Of a stretch of 64,000 bases of DNA, positions 36,910-46,522 are shown in pieces. The translations under genes were made by a program, and so were the position numbers. The notes below the pieces were generated by a model that was not told where the DNA came from, did no database searches, and saw only the letters and a list, made by a program, of their open reading frames with translations. How positions within the stretch are numbered: the first letter of the stretch is position 1; every line of letters begins with the position of its first letter. This DNA is from an uncultured Gammaproteobacteria bacterium (GTDB lineage Bacteria; Patescibacteriota; Microgenomatia; UBA8517), in assembly GCA_964489145.1 (NCBI GenBank), contig CAZAXL010000001.1:52910-116909 (forward strand), written 5' to 3'.

Positions 36910-37383
36910 CTAACGGTTCAAAAACCAAACGGAGAAATTTAATACGGAAGCAAAACTTACCCAAGCAATATATGGATAAAGCAGGTAACTGGCGGTTTTA
37001 TTTACTTTCGCGAAAGCCAATATTGTTTTTAGTATAAAAATCCACATAAAAATAATTACCATCAAAGCCAGAAAAAGATTTTTTGCTCCAAAAAATATAG
37101 GCGACCAGGAAGCATTTAATACCAACTGAATTCCGAAAAGTTTTATGGCCTCCCGTACTTTTTTATCCTTCGTCCCTTTTCGCCAAACAAGAAAAAGCGC
37201 AATTCCCATTAATAAATAAAGGATTGTCCAGGCAGGACCAAAAAGCCAGTTGGGTGGACTGAAAAATGGTTTATTAAGACCCGCGTACCAAGTCGGAATT
37301 GCAGGAATAGTAAATATAGTTCCAAGTCCGGCAGCCAGAAAACACACCAGGATAGAAGCGAATAACTTGAGCAGTTTACTCAT
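36910..37383 (-). CDS. tspO: TspO/MBR-family tryptophan-rich sensory protein
   Basis: 157 aa, 5 TM. NKPFFSPPNWLFGPAWTILYLLMGIALFLVW and the conserved Trp/Pro pattern. Confidence 0.75.
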   Translation of the reverse strand: MSKLLKLFASILVCFLAAGLGTIFTIPAIPTWYAGLNKPFFSPPNWLFGPAWTILYLLMGIALFLVWRKGTKDKKVREAIKLFGIQLVLNASWSPIFFGAKNLFLALMVIIFMWIFILKTILAFAKVNKTASYLLYPYIAWVSFASVLNFSVWFLNR

Positions 37384-37420
37384 TCTTTTAGGCTACCACA
37401 TATGTATAATTGGTATCAAT

Positions 37421-38458
37421 ATGCTGCCAAAAATTAAATTTTCAAAAGATGGTGTTCTATTTGGCGCGGCTCTCATTGCGATTTTTTTTCTGGTCTTCGG
37501 CATCACTTATCTTAGTTTAAAAATATCCAATGTGTTTGTTAAAAAGGATTTAAATCCGACTACCAATTTATATACGAACACGGCCCCGGAGCCAATTGAT
37601 GCCACCAAAGGAGTTTTTAATATCCTTCTGCTTGGCTACGGCGGCAGTGGCCACTCAGGAGGAGGCCTTACCGACAGTTTAATTGTCTTTCACATCGATA
37701 CCAACACAAAAAAATACGCGCTCATCTCCATACCCAGGGATTTATGGACACAGGCAAACCGCAAGATAAACGCCGAGGCTTCGGTAAATGGCTTTCAAAG
37801 CGTTGGGCCTGCGCTTCAAGCTATAACCGGCCTTCCGATTGAGAACTTTATTTCGGTGGATTTTACAAATTACTCCAAAATTATCAACAACCTCGGAGGT
37901 ATTAGTGTCGAAGTCCCGAATGCATTTACAGACTCCTTTTATCCAATTCCCGGTCTTGAAAATGAGACTTGCGGCTTTACCGAAAACGAAATCAATGAAT
38001 TTAAAGCAAAATATTCCGGGTTTGAGCTGGAAAAACAATTTACATGCCGCTATGAAAAAATTAGCTACAATCAGGGCCCTGCGGTTCTTACAGGGAGCGA
38101 GGCTCTAAAATTCGTCCGCTCGCGCCACGGTGACAGCGATTTCGGCAGAAGCAAACGGCAATTTGCAGTTATTGCCGGCATCGCCAAAAAATTAATATCT
38201 CTCAAGTCAGTTGGAAAACTTGATTCGACAATCGATGCTTTATCAAACATGATCAAAACCGATTTGACTATGGGGAAAATTAAAAGTTTGATTGAAATAT
38301 TTGGAGACCTGACCCCTTACTCAAAAACAGAAGTTCAATTAACAACGGATAACGTTTTAAATGAAAGCAAAAGTAGCGACGGACAATATATTCTGATCCC
38401 CAAAGCCGGAATGTTTAATTTTACGGATATTAAAAGCTACATTTCCCAAAACATTTAA
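37421..38458 (+). CDS. LytR-CpsA-Psr (LCP) family glycopolymer phosphotransferase. The track ORF start at 37250 overlaps tspO; ATG 37421 (MLPKIKF...) immediately precedes the TM anchor.
   Basis: N-terminal TM followed by the LCP core ILLLGYGGSGHSGGGLTDSLIVFHID...ISIPRDLW. Confidence 0.75.
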   Translation: MLPKIKFSKDGVLFGAALIAIFFLVFGITYLSLKISNVFVKKDLNPTTNLYTNTAPEPIDATKGVFNILLLGYGGSGHSGGGLTDSLIVFHIDTNTKKYALISIPRDLWTQANRKINAEASVNGFQSVGPALQAITGLPIENFISVDFTNYSKIINNLGGISVEVPNAFTDSFYPIPGLENETCGFTENEINEFKAKYSGFELEKQFTCRYEKISYNQGPAVLTGSEALKFVRSRHGDSDFGRSKRQFAVIAGIAKKLISLKSVGKLDSTIDALSNMIKTDLTMGKIKSLIEIFGDLTPYSKTEVQLTTDNVLNESKSSDGQYILIPKAGMFNFTDIKSYISQNI

Positions 38459-39291
38459 TCGTTAAGCATGTAAACATCCTGCCGGGTATCACTTACTCCC
38501 ACAAACTCTCCTTCACCTTTAAGTATTTTTTCAAAAGGTCTGCAGGCAAAACATCCACCCGTAGGGCATTTGAAATGGTTGATTTTGCGGGCCAGCTGAA
38601 TTCTTTTTGCAATCTTATAAACTCTTTCGTAGGCCTCGCGTGCCTCGGGGAGCTTTTTTTCAACAATGCCGTCGTCCCTGTCCAAATACCAATAGGCTGC
38701 CCCATCTACTTTTTTGCTTTGAGTGTTGGTGGCTACCAAAAGATATATCGGCAGTTGCAGGCTGTCTTCTTTTTCTTCATTCTTGCCGGTTTTAAAATCA
38801 ATGATTTGCACCGAATCATCCGTCTGGTTATATTTTAGCCAATCGATTTTGCCGCCAAGGATAATCCCGTCATCCTGGTTGAGCCAAAAGTGAGGCAGGT
38901 TCATTTTTGATTTTATTTTTATTGCTTTTTCCAAAATGGGACCGGGGTTTTCCTGAAGATTAATTAGCATTTGTACTCCCCGCTGCTTGTATTCTATCTC
39001 CTCTTTATGATTTTTAAACCCACCCCTTTTACCGGTAATCTTCAACCAAACAGGGTCAAGCTTTTTGACAAGCGATATTTTCAAGCGCTCTTCTACCGGA
39101 AGAATTGCCAAAGATTCTATAACTTCATGCACCGCTTGTCCGAGTGCTAAAGGTGGTGTGACTATGGTCATCTTATGCCCTGTTCTTGGATTTTTATAAA
39201 CGTTTCTCAGGTAATACGCTCTCGGACACTTGAGGAAATCCGATATTGAAGAGTGGGAAACCCATGTCGCCGAATATTCATCAATGGCCAT
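38455..39291 (-). CDS. PD-(D/E)XK nuclease with Cas4/AddB-type 4-Cys Fe-S cluster (RecB-family exonuclease-like). Stand-alone, with no CRISPR context.
   Basis: N-terminal Cys (FLKCPRAYY), GQAVHEV, D in GGKIDWL, IIDFKTGK (D-x-K), QLPIY (QxxxY), and C-terminal CPTGGCFACRPF (C-x4-C-x2-C). Confidence 0.7.
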   Translation of the reverse strand: MAIDEYSATWVSHSSISDFLKCPRAYYLRNVYKNPRTGHKMTIVTPPLALGQAVHEVIESLAILPVEERLKISLVKKLDPVWLKITGKRGGFKNHKEEIEYKQRGVQMLINLQENPGPILEKAIKIKSKMNLPHFWLNQDDGIILGGKIDWLKYNQTDDSVQIIDFKTGKNEEKEDSLQLPIYLLVATNTQSKKVDGAAYWYLDRDDGIVEKKLPEAREAYERVYKIAKRIQLARKINHFKCPTGGCFACRPFEKILKGEGEFVGVSDTRQDVYMLND

Positions 39292-39310
39292 GGCTAATTA
39301 TACAGCAATT

Positions 39311-39772
39311 TTAGCGTGTAATGAGTTTACCCGAAACCGAGTTCCAACATCCCGGAATCATGCTTTTCGGAAAATCAGGGTAGCCGGAAATATTTTTACA
39401 ATCGATTTGCCCGTTTCCGTCCCAAACAAGCTTCCACTCTGTTCCTGTTTTGGCGGCAAACCATCCGCCGCCTCCGCCCTGCTCCGAAACTGTTCCTCCG
39501 GCATAATTTCCTTCAATTTTGGAAACACTCACACTTAAGGACGCCGCAGCCGACCCGTACTTTGCAACAAGAGCTTCCTTAACTGCAAGAGTCAAAGCTT
39601 CGGTTTCGTCAACCGGTGCCGGTGAAGGAGATAGAGCATCTGTTATAGCCACTTCGGTAGAGGTAACTGAAACTCCGCTCGGACTAACGAAGCTGGGCAA
39701 ACCCTTATAATAAATTGTCGCCCCGAGAAAGACTATAACAGCAGTAACAAAAGCTGTACTAAAGTATTTCAT
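39311..39772 (-). CDS. Hypothetical secreted or membrane-anchored protein (153 aa)
   Basis: N-terminal hydrophobic segment, Ala/Ser/Val-rich, Gly run (GGGGGW). No recognisable motif. Confidence 0.4.
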   Translation of the reverse strand: MKYFSTAFVTAVIVFLGATIYYKGLPSFVSPSGVSVTSTEVAITDALSPSPAPVDETEALTLAVKEALVAKYGSAAASLSVSVSKIEGNYAGGTVSEQGGGGGWFAAKTGTEWKLVWDGNGQIDCKNISGYPDFPKSMIPGCWNSVSGKLITR

Positions 39773-39803
39773 ACAAAATATTTCACTTCAAATAATTATA
39801 CCA

Positions 39804-40631
39804 TCATCCCTTACGGCGAATACTATTGTCTGGTTTTTTGATAAAAAACAGCAAAACCCCCAAGATCAGTGAGGAAATACCAAACCAAATCCAGACTTGA
39901 GTAACGTTTTGAATTATCGGAGGGGCGGTAATGGCAACAAGCGAAGTGCCCACATTGGCGCTTCCCGCAAAATTTTCCGTAAAACTTTTTACTATAAAAT
40001 CCGCCAGGAAATTCACGGCAAGCACACAAATCCCCGATAAAGTTAACTCTATCCCCATCGTAGTTAGGCGTTTCCCGGTTCCGGTAAGAAGATATGTCAG
40101 TACCAAAACTAAAGCCAGAAGCGATGATGACCCGATTACAAAGAGCCAAGACCAAGTTCCAAATTTTGAAACTATTTGGACATTTTCTTCATCAATTCCC
40201 GTTATGTTAAATTTTTTCAAAAAGTCGTTCAAAGTCATCTTCTCCGAAAAGTTACCCAGGTCTTCCGCCTTTACACCCCGAAGGATACTGTCGGTGGAAA
40301 ACGGTGTAAACACAACAATTTCGGAAGATTTCCCGTTGGCGTACAGCAATATGCTTTTGATATTCTCTTCAAAAAATATCTTTAATATGTTTGGAGAAAT
40401 TAAGCTGGAAAGAACTGCAACATCGCTGCCTTTTCCTCCTCCGGCTACCACTTTATCAAGAAGCCGACTGCTCAAGGATGTTGAAATCTGAGTATAGACG
40501 TCAGCCTTTTCAAAAGTTCCTATCCAAAAGTCGGATGATAAAAATTGGAGCCTGACATTTATCGACAAAACACACAGGACAAGAATGGGAACCGACAGTA
40601 TAATCAATAGTATTTTCGATACAAACTTCAT
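39804..40631 (-). CDS. Hypothetical polytopic membrane protein (275 aa)
   Basis: N-terminal TM, about 130-aa extracytoplasmic segment, C-terminal TM bundle. No motif recognised. Confidence 0.4.
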   Translation of the reverse strand: MKFVSKILLIILSVPILVLCVLSINVRLQFLSSDFWIGTFEKADVYTQISTSLSSRLLDKVVAGGGKGSDVAVLSSLISPNILKIFFEENIKSILLYANGKSSEIVVFTPFSTDSILRGVKAEDLGNFSEKMTLNDFLKKFNITGIDEENVQIVSKFGTWSWLFVIGSSSLLALVLVLTYLLTGTGKRLTTMGIELTLSGICVLAVNFLADFIVKSFTENFAGSANVGTSLVAITAPPIIQNVTQVWIWFGISSLILGVLLFFIKKPDNSIRRKG

Positions 40632-40652
40632 GCCGGTTTAGTATACAATGTA

Positions 40653-41093
40653 TTGAAGGGTCCTTCGACTGGTGCACAGGATTCTTTCTCAGGAAAGAGG
40701 GTGATAAAAATGGCAGGATACAAAGGAAGTCTCGAAAAAGACGCTTTAGAAAATACTCACTTTAGGCATGTAATCTACACTGCGCCGCATTCACAGTTGG
40801 TATTAATGAGTCTTAAGCCCGGAGAGGAAATCGGAATGGAAGTCCACTCGGATAATGATCAATTTTTGAGATTTGAGGAGGGTGAATGGATGGCAGAAAT
40901 TTCCGGTGAAAAATTTACAGGAGAGGCGGGAGATTGCGTAATAATACCGGCGGGTAACTACCACAATGTGGTCAATACTTCCCAGGAAAAGGAATTGAAG
41001 CTGTATACGATTTATTCCCCCGCACATCATCCGGACGGAACTGTTCATGACACTAAAGAGGATGCCATGCGCGCTGAAAAAGCCGAGAAGTGA
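40653..41093 (+). CDS. Cupin-domain protein. The real start may be the internal MAGYKG at about 40710.
   Basis: Cupin_2 motifs: PGEEIGMEVHSDNDQFLRFEEGE (G(X)5HXH(X)3-4E(X)6G-like) and GDCVIIPAGNYHNVVNTS (motif 2). Confidence 0.65.
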   Translation: MKGPSTGAQDSFSGKRVIKMAGYKGSLEKDALENTHFRHVIYTAPHSQLVLMSLKPGEEIGMEVHSDNDQFLRFEEGEWMAEISGEKFTGEAGDCVIIPAGNYHNVVNTSQEKELKLYTIYSPAHHPDGTVHDTKEDAMRAEKAEK

Positions 41094-41103
41094 TGGTTAA
41101 AAC

Positions 41104-41724
41104 TTAAAATAAACTCCCTTGGGTTTTTGATGTGTCTTGTTGTGGGTAGGAAAAGTCCAGTGTTACTTCATGCGTTTCATTCCAAAAGTCGATATATTTT
41201 AAAACTTTATTCCTCAATGCGTGGTCATAAATATCGCGGGTTATAGCCACATCCATTTCGCAGTATTTTTTAAGCTTGGCTAAGCTTTCACTAGTTCTCT
41301 GGTTCCAATACTTGATAGCATTTTCACCGCTGTCGTTTTTCTTTGTCCCCAAAGTCGCTTTAGCCAATGAGTCCAGCGACATTCTTTTACCCTCAATCCT
41401 TTTTATCTCGGAGAGAATATCAAAATGTTTTAGTTTCGGCCAATGGGGCGGAAGGTAGGGTGAAAGTGCCGGAATATCGAAGCTTATCGAATTGAATCCT
41501 ATTATTCTGTCGGCCTTTTCAAACAACTTGAACATTTCTCCAAAATCCTTTTCCCAGAAGCTTTGCATTTTTCCCTCAACTTCTTTCAAATTCTCATCGA
41601 GAGTTCTTGAATAGACCGAAGTTATTGACACGCCGAGTTTGCTTGGATCATCCCCTTCAATATCCCCGAAAAATTTCTTTGTCTCGGTATCAAAAATTAC
41701 CTCAAAATAATTCATGGGCAACAA
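41104..41724 (-). CDS. Stand-alone DEDD-type (DnaQ/RNase H-like fold) 3'-5' exonuclease-like protein
   Basis: 206 aa. Exo I-like VIFDTETKK, Exo II-like IGFNSISFDIPAL, Exo III-like YCEMDVAITRDIY (Y-x3-D). Family assignment rests on motif spacing only. Confidence 0.5.
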   Translation of the reverse strand: MLPMNYFEVIFDTETKKFFGDIEGDDPSKLGVSITSVYSRTLDENLKEVEGKMQSFWEKDFGEMFKLFEKADRIIGFNSISFDIPALSPYLPPHWPKLKHFDILSEIKRIEGKRMSLDSLAKATLGTKKNDSGENAIKYWNQRTSESLAKLKKYCEMDVAITRDIYDHALRNKVLKYIDFWNETHEVTLDFSYPQQDTSKTQGSLF

Positions 41725-41751
41725 ATATTCTACCTCAAAGCTGAAGTTTTA

Positions 41752-42519
41752 TCACCTCTTTTTAAACACAAAGCTGAAGATAAAAAAGGAAATTGCGGTA
41801 AGAACTATCGTGGGGCCGGAGGGGAATTTGAAATATGAGGCAATCAGGATTCCGGCAGCTGTTGCCAGAGTTCCCAAAACTACAGAAAGGATTTGGTATG
41901 CCTTGATGTTTCCGGCAATGTTTTTGGCGGTAACTGCAGGGATTATCACCATGGCTCCCGTCAAAAGGGTTCCCAAAAACTTAACTCCTAAAGCAACAAC
42001 ACCGCAAACCAAAAGCAAGTAAATTAAGTCTATTTTTGACGTTTTTATCTTTTGGGACTTGGCCAAATCCTTTGAAACAACCATCAAAAGAAGCTTTTTG
42101 GAAATTGTCATCGTGACCGCAAAAATTGCCACAGCACCGATCAGGGTAAATATTCCGTCTATCGGGCCGATTTTGTCTATATCTCCGAAAAGAGCTTCCA
42201 AAAGCTCCACCTCGGGAGTAATCAAAATTCCGGCTGCCAAGGAGGCCGTAAAAAATATTCCCACCAGGGCTTCCGGATAAATTTCCGAATGATCACTAAG
42301 GTACCAAATGCCGACAGCTGCCAGGGCAAGCGCAAGAAGGGCTCCCAGCATGGGATTGACCCCTATTGCCAGGGCAATCGCAATTCCGGGCAGTGCCACA
42401 TGGGAAAGAGCATCTCCAACAAGAGACATTCTTCTTAAAACCATAAAGCTTCCAAGATATCCCGAAACCGCTCCGGAAAGGGCACCGACTGCCAGGAGTA
42501 GTAGTAAGTTAGTGGTCAT
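41752..42519 (-). CDS. ABC transporter permease, ZnuB/MntB (metal, Zn/Mn) type. Start set at ATG 42517-42519 (MTTNLLL...); the track ORF extends to 42639 and overlaps the ATPase gene.
   Basis: About 8 TM segments, with a conserved metal-ABC permease pattern. Confidence 0.75.
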   Translation of the reverse strand: MTTNLLLLLAVGALSGAVSGYLGSFMVLRRMSLVGDALSHVALPGIAIALAIGVNPMLGALLALALAAVGIWYLSDHSEIYPEALVGIFFTASLAAGILITPEVELLEALFGDIDKIGPIDGIFTLIGAVAIFAVTMTISKKLLLMVVSKDLAKSQKIKTSKIDLIYLLLVCGVVALGVKFLGTLLTGAMVIIPAVTAKNIAGNIKAYQILSVVLGTLATAAGILIASYFKFPSGPTIVLTAISFFIFSFVFKKR

Positions 42520-43225
42520 GATGATGGTATATATGAGTTTCCTCTCCGTACATTTTTTCCAGACTTTCTTTATCAATTGCTGTCTTTGGCGGACCAAAAC
42601 AAACTTTTTCCTTATTAAGACAAAGGACCGAGTCGGCATATTTATTTACAACTTCCAATTCGTGGGAAATAAAAATAATTGTCAGGTCTTTGTCTGCTTT
42701 TAGTTTATGAATAAGCCCATATACAGTTTCTTCGCCCGCTATATCAACCCCGGCGGTTGGTTCGTCAAAAAGCAAGACATTAGGCTTTCCGAGAAGTGCA
42801 TAGGCGATGAGAACTCTTTGTAATTCCCCTCCTGACAGGTTTCCCATACGGGTTTTTAGAACTCTTGTGTCATTGTGAATATGGTTCGCTTCTTTCAAAA
42901 AGCCAACCGCCCCCATTACCTCAAGGATTTTAGTCCTACTTTTCTCTTTAAAACTCAAAAATTCGTATACGGTTAACGGCAACTCCTTATCAACAGCCAG
43001 TTTTTGGGGAACATACCCGATTCGGGTATCTTCACTCCAAGAAACCGTGCCTTTGTAAGGAATCAGATTCAGGAGCGATCTGAAAAGAACCGATTTTCCC
43101 GCGCCGTTTGGTCCGATTATTGCCATGGTTGAATCGCGTCTGACTGCAAAACTTATGTCATCAAGCACAGTATGATTGTCAAATTCAACGCTTAATCCGG
43201 AAACTGTCAAAATATCTTCCTGCAT
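42509..43225 (-). CDS. ABC transporter ATP-binding protein, ZnuC-like, with His-rich C-terminal tail
   Basis: Walker A GPNGAGKS, signature LSGGELQRV, Walker B LLFDEP, C-terminal HIYHHHDH. No substrate-binding protein gene is adjacent in the window. Confidence 0.85.
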   Translation of the reverse strand: MQEDILTVSGLSVEFDNHTVLDDISFAVRRDSTMAIIGPNGAGKSVLFRSLLNLIPYKGTVSWSEDTRIGYVPQKLAVDKELPLTVYEFLSFKEKSRTKILEVMGAVGFLKEANHIHNDTRVLKTRMGNLSGGELQRVLIAYALLGKPNVLLFDEPTAGVDIAGEETVYGLIHKLKADKDLTIIFISHELEVVNKYADSVLCLNKEKVCFGPPKTAIDKESLEKMYGEETHIYHHHDH

Positions 43226-43228
43226 AAT

Positions 43229-43774
43229 TTATTCTAACATTATCTTTCCAACTCTTATCGAATAGATTTGTCTTTCCAGCACTTCTTCTAGTTTTTCATC
43301 AGGGAGAGGCAATTTCATATCTTTCGGCCAATAACCAAGTAATTTTAACAAATTAACAACAAACTCCATTCTCAGCTCCTTAAGTTTTTTTGCGGTTTTT
43401 AGCTTCTCCATGGAAATCGCAAGGAGAGAGTACACTTCGGGGTTTGCCTCGCCTTCATGAATGGCTTTTCCCAAAACTTCCACAAAATAATATGCCAGAG
43501 AAACTTTCTTTATTGATTGCCTGATACTTTCATAATCATCAATTGCTTCGACCTCGGTTATAATTCCAAGGCCTCTGCCCGAGACAGCTTGAAACCGAAT
43601 CCTGGTGAAAATTTCCAGGTGTCCCCTTTTACGGCTCTTCGGACGCCTTATTCCTTTGGCAAGAAGCGATAATTTACCTTTATCTTCAGAGTAAACAACA
43701 AGAATTCTGTCGGCTTCCCCATAATTCTTTCTCCCCAGTATTATTCCTTCCGACGTGTAGCTTCTGGGTATCAT
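43229..43774 (-). CDS. recO: RecO-like DNA repair protein, short form (N-terminal OB fold; the C-terminal Zn-finger region appears reduced)
   Basis: 181 aa. N-terminus SEGIILGRKNYGEADRILVVYSEDKGKLSLLAKGIRRPKSRK matches the RecO N-domain consensus. Normal RecO is about 240 aa. Confidence 0.5.
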   Translation of the reverse strand: MIPRSYTSEGIILGRKNYGEADRILVVYSEDKGKLSLLAKGIRRPKSRKRGHLEIFTRIRFQAVSGRGLGIITEVEAIDDYESIRQSIKKVSLAYYFVEVLGKAIHEGEANPEVYSLLAISMEKLKTAKKLKELRMEFVVNLLKLLGYWPKDMKLPLPDEKLEEVLERQIYSIRVGKIMLE

Positions 43775-43859
43775 TGTGCGATATGTCGTGGAGGCATTCT
43801 ACAATCTACAAGAATTAATCTACAATTGATTGGATTTTTTACAGTTGTACCGTAAAAAA

Positions 43860-45848
43860 TCATAATCCAATTTTTATCTCCTTGTCGGTTGTCAGCTTAA
43901 ATTCCTCGGAATGCTTGCCAAGGTTCACTGTATACAAAAATCCGTCTGTACCCGGCTGTTTCTGTAAAAAGAGTTTATATTCTTTGCCGACTTTGAAAGG
44001 CAGCTTATATTTAAATGTGACTTTGGCAACCCCCTCAGGACGAAGCTGGAAAAAACCCGCGAATACTGTTTTTCCCAAATCTTCATAGGGTTCTGCCGTT
44101 GACTCCAATCCCTCAGCGGCAATAAGCTCGCTCCCTTTGGGAACATAAACTCTTACCCAGGTGGGCAGAACCGAGTTCAGCCAGCCGTCCTGTTTTTCGG
44201 GATTTTGGTATGTTATTGTGACCGTTTTTGTCACACTTCCGTCCCCGGCGACTTGAATATCCTGTTCGACATTTTCATAAGCATAAAGGTTGGATTTTCT
44301 ACCTCCAAGGTTTGCATCATTTATATGCAAATAGTCTCCGTCATAATTTTTTATCGTTCCGCTCAATCCAAAATCTGCAACGGCTTTTTGGACATTGTCA
44401 TCCAATAAATAGAAAAGGACATGCTTTTCCATTAAAGATTTAAATCCTGCCTGCAGGAGACCCGGGATTTTGTCCTTTGGCTGACCCATGGAGTTTGCCA
44501 AAATCGAATTCATTAAGGGCCCTATTATTTTCTTTCTGTTGTCGGAGTTCGGAGGCCTCTGAATAATTTTTCCGGTTATGGGATCCCAAATGACAGGGCC
44601 CTCGACATCGGCAAAGGCTTCGAGTTCGTGAATCACCTGGGCACAATTACATTCGGGGGACACCTCCGTACTGAAATTTCCGAACCCTGGTACCCCGATC
44701 GGCCCTATGACGTCCAGTATATTTACCAAAATTTGTGTGTCAACCGCAATTACGCCGTCAATGTCTCCCACCCCGGCCTTCTCGGCCGCGGGAACCACAA
44801 TTTTCATGCTTTCGACAAAGTCCGGCGACCAGTTCATATCCCTCAATCTCCATTTCTTCGACAAAATGTAAGGCCCTTTTATGTATTTAATGATCGGGTT
44901 AGGTGCGTCTACGGAAGATTTATAAACCGCATCAAGAGCATAAATATCATTGCTTGTGACAGTGCTCACCTTTGCCTTATCGACTTTCAAGATAGCATAA
45001 GCCGTCATAAACCCTCCGGTGGGCCTCAATTCCTTGTCATTTTGAAACAAGAGAAGATAGGTTCTTGGAGAGTCCATACCCAAAAGATACTGGGCAGACT
45101 CCAGGAAAGGCTTTCCGTTAACCAGAAATGTCGATGTTTCATTTACCGTGTCTACAATACTTTTAATTTGCGCCCTGACGGCTTTTCCCTGGACTTTCTC
45201 GGGATACCTGTTCGGGTTTATTTGTGAGATTTCGCCCTGAACCGTTTTCATTTTTCCTGAAATTGTATCGATTTGGGGAATGAGATCCGGAATTGTCTTG
45301 GCAATAAAGTCAATTCTATCCTCAGCGGTCTCTTCTCCTGTTTTTGCCCCCAAAACATTCTGGCCGCCGGCAAAGCCAAGCAAATCCGCATATGGTTCAA
45401 TTACCGTTAGAAGTGATTCCCCGACATCAAGTCCTGCCTGTCCCGCAGCAATCGCATGGCTTCCGTCGGCAATGTAGGCACCGATAAACGGTAAAAATTT
45501 TTCCCAGGCTACCAGTTTATATGTACCCGAAACGCTATTTAATAATTTTTTCGTGTTGCCCACTTCCGCCTTTATCTTCGCAAGATCCTGCGATTTGGCT
45601 GCTTGAGACAAAGTTTTGGCACCATTTACCAGTTTGGTTGTTTTTTGATAAATCAGAAGTCCCGATATAACATTGTAAACTAAGAGGACTGCGGCTGCCA
45701 ATAGGATCCATAGGGTTATTTTTACCCACACTTTCCTGGGCTTTACGGGATTTATTATTTCTTTAGCCTGTTTCTCCGGAGCAGGTTTTTGCACTATGTC
45801 ATTTTCGGCGACATTGATTTTCGGAACCAATATCGAGTCATTTTCCAT
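43860..45848 (-). CDS. Large membrane-anchored extracytoplasmic protein, DUF4012-like. First recognisable gene downstream of the glycan locus.
   Basis: 662 aa with a single N-terminal TM (WVKITLWILLAAAVLLVYNV) and a large soluble domain. The architecture resembles the DUF4012 family often found next to LCP/polysaccharide genes; the family call is from memory of domain organisation. Confidence 0.45.
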   Translation of the reverse strand: MENDSILVPKINVAENDIVQKPAPEKQAKEIINPVKPRKVWVKITLWILLAAAVLLVYNVISGLLIYQKTTKLVNGAKTLSQAAKSQDLAKIKAEVGNTKKLLNSVSGTYKLVAWEKFLPFIGAYIADGSHAIAAGQAGLDVGESLLTVIEPYADLLGFAGGQNVLGAKTGEETAEDRIDFIAKTIPDLIPQIDTISGKMKTVQGEISQINPNRYPEKVQGKAVRAQIKSIVDTVNETSTFLVNGKPFLESAQYLLGMDSPRTYLLLFQNDKELRPTGGFMTAYAILKVDKAKVSTVTSNDIYALDAVYKSSVDAPNPIIKYIKGPYILSKKWRLRDMNWSPDFVESMKIVVPAAEKAGVGDIDGVIAVDTQILVNILDVIGPIGVPGFGNFSTEVSPECNCAQVIHELEAFADVEGPVIWDPITGKIIQRPPNSDNRKKIIGPLMNSILANSMGQPKDKIPGLLQAGFKSLMEKHVLFYLLDDNVQKAVADFGLSGTIKNYDGDYLHINDANLGGRKSNLYAYENVEQDIQVAGDGSVTKTVTITYQNPEKQDGWLNSVLPTWVRVYVPKGSELIAAEGLESTAEPYEDLGKTVFAGFFQLRPEGVAKVTFKYKLPFKVGKEYKLFLQKQPGTDGFLYTVNLGKHSEEFKLTTDKEIKIGL

Positions 45849-45867
45849 GCATTAATAATACAACAAA

Positions 45868-46518
45868 TCAGACGGCTCCGACACCGCTAATCATTGCGAT
45901 TGGGGTTCTCAGGATAATGGCCAAGTCCATTAAGAGTGATTTCTTTCTGGCATAGTCCGCATCCATTTTTATTCTCTTGTCGAAATTGATATTGCTTCTC
46001 CCGGTTACCTGCCAAAAGCCGGTGATGCCCGGTTTTACCGTTTGAGTCTCTTTTACGTACGGCTCCGTCCCGGGATATCTTTTTTGCTGCTCGGCAAGCT
46101 CATCGGCATGATACGGACGGGGTCCTACTATACTCATCTCACCCTTTAAAACATTTAAAAATTGGGGCATTTCATCGATGGAATATTTTCTGATAAATTT
46201 TCCGAACCTGGTCACGCGTGGGTCCTCATGAAGTTTAAAACTGGACTTTTTATATTCGCTGTAAAGTTTTTTGAATCTGGGATCTTTTGTTAAAAGATAA
46301 TCGGCATTAACTGCCATCGAACGGAATTTGTAAAGCCTGAAAATTCTTCCCCCCCTGCCAATTCTTTTCATATGAATATTTGATTTTTCAACCAGGATAG
46401 GCCCGGAAGAAGTTAGTTTGATTACAAGAGCGGTAACAAGCATTAATGGAGAAAAAAGAACCAAAAGAAATATTGATAAGACAATATCCATACCTCTTTT
46501 AACAATTTCGTATAACAT
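45868..46518 (-). CDS. Initiating polyprenyl-phosphate sugar-1-phosphate transferase (bacterial sugar transferase, small PglC/WcaJ-C-domain type)
   Basis: KRGMDIVLS...FSPL N-terminus, KFRSM, DEMPQFLNVLKGEMSIVGPRP catalytic block. Confidence 0.85.
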   Translation of the reverse strand: MLYEIVKRGMDIVLSIFLLVLFSPLMLVTALVIKLTSSGPILVEKSNIHMKRIGRGGRIFRLYKFRSMAVNADYLLTKDPRFKKLYSEYKKSSFKLHEDPRVTRFGKFIRKYSIDEMPQFLNVLKGEMSIVGPRPYHADELAEQQKRYPGTEPYVKETQTVKPGITGFWQVTGRSNINFDKRIKMDADYARKKSLLMDLAIILRTPIAMISGVGAV

Positions 46519-46522
46519 ATTT

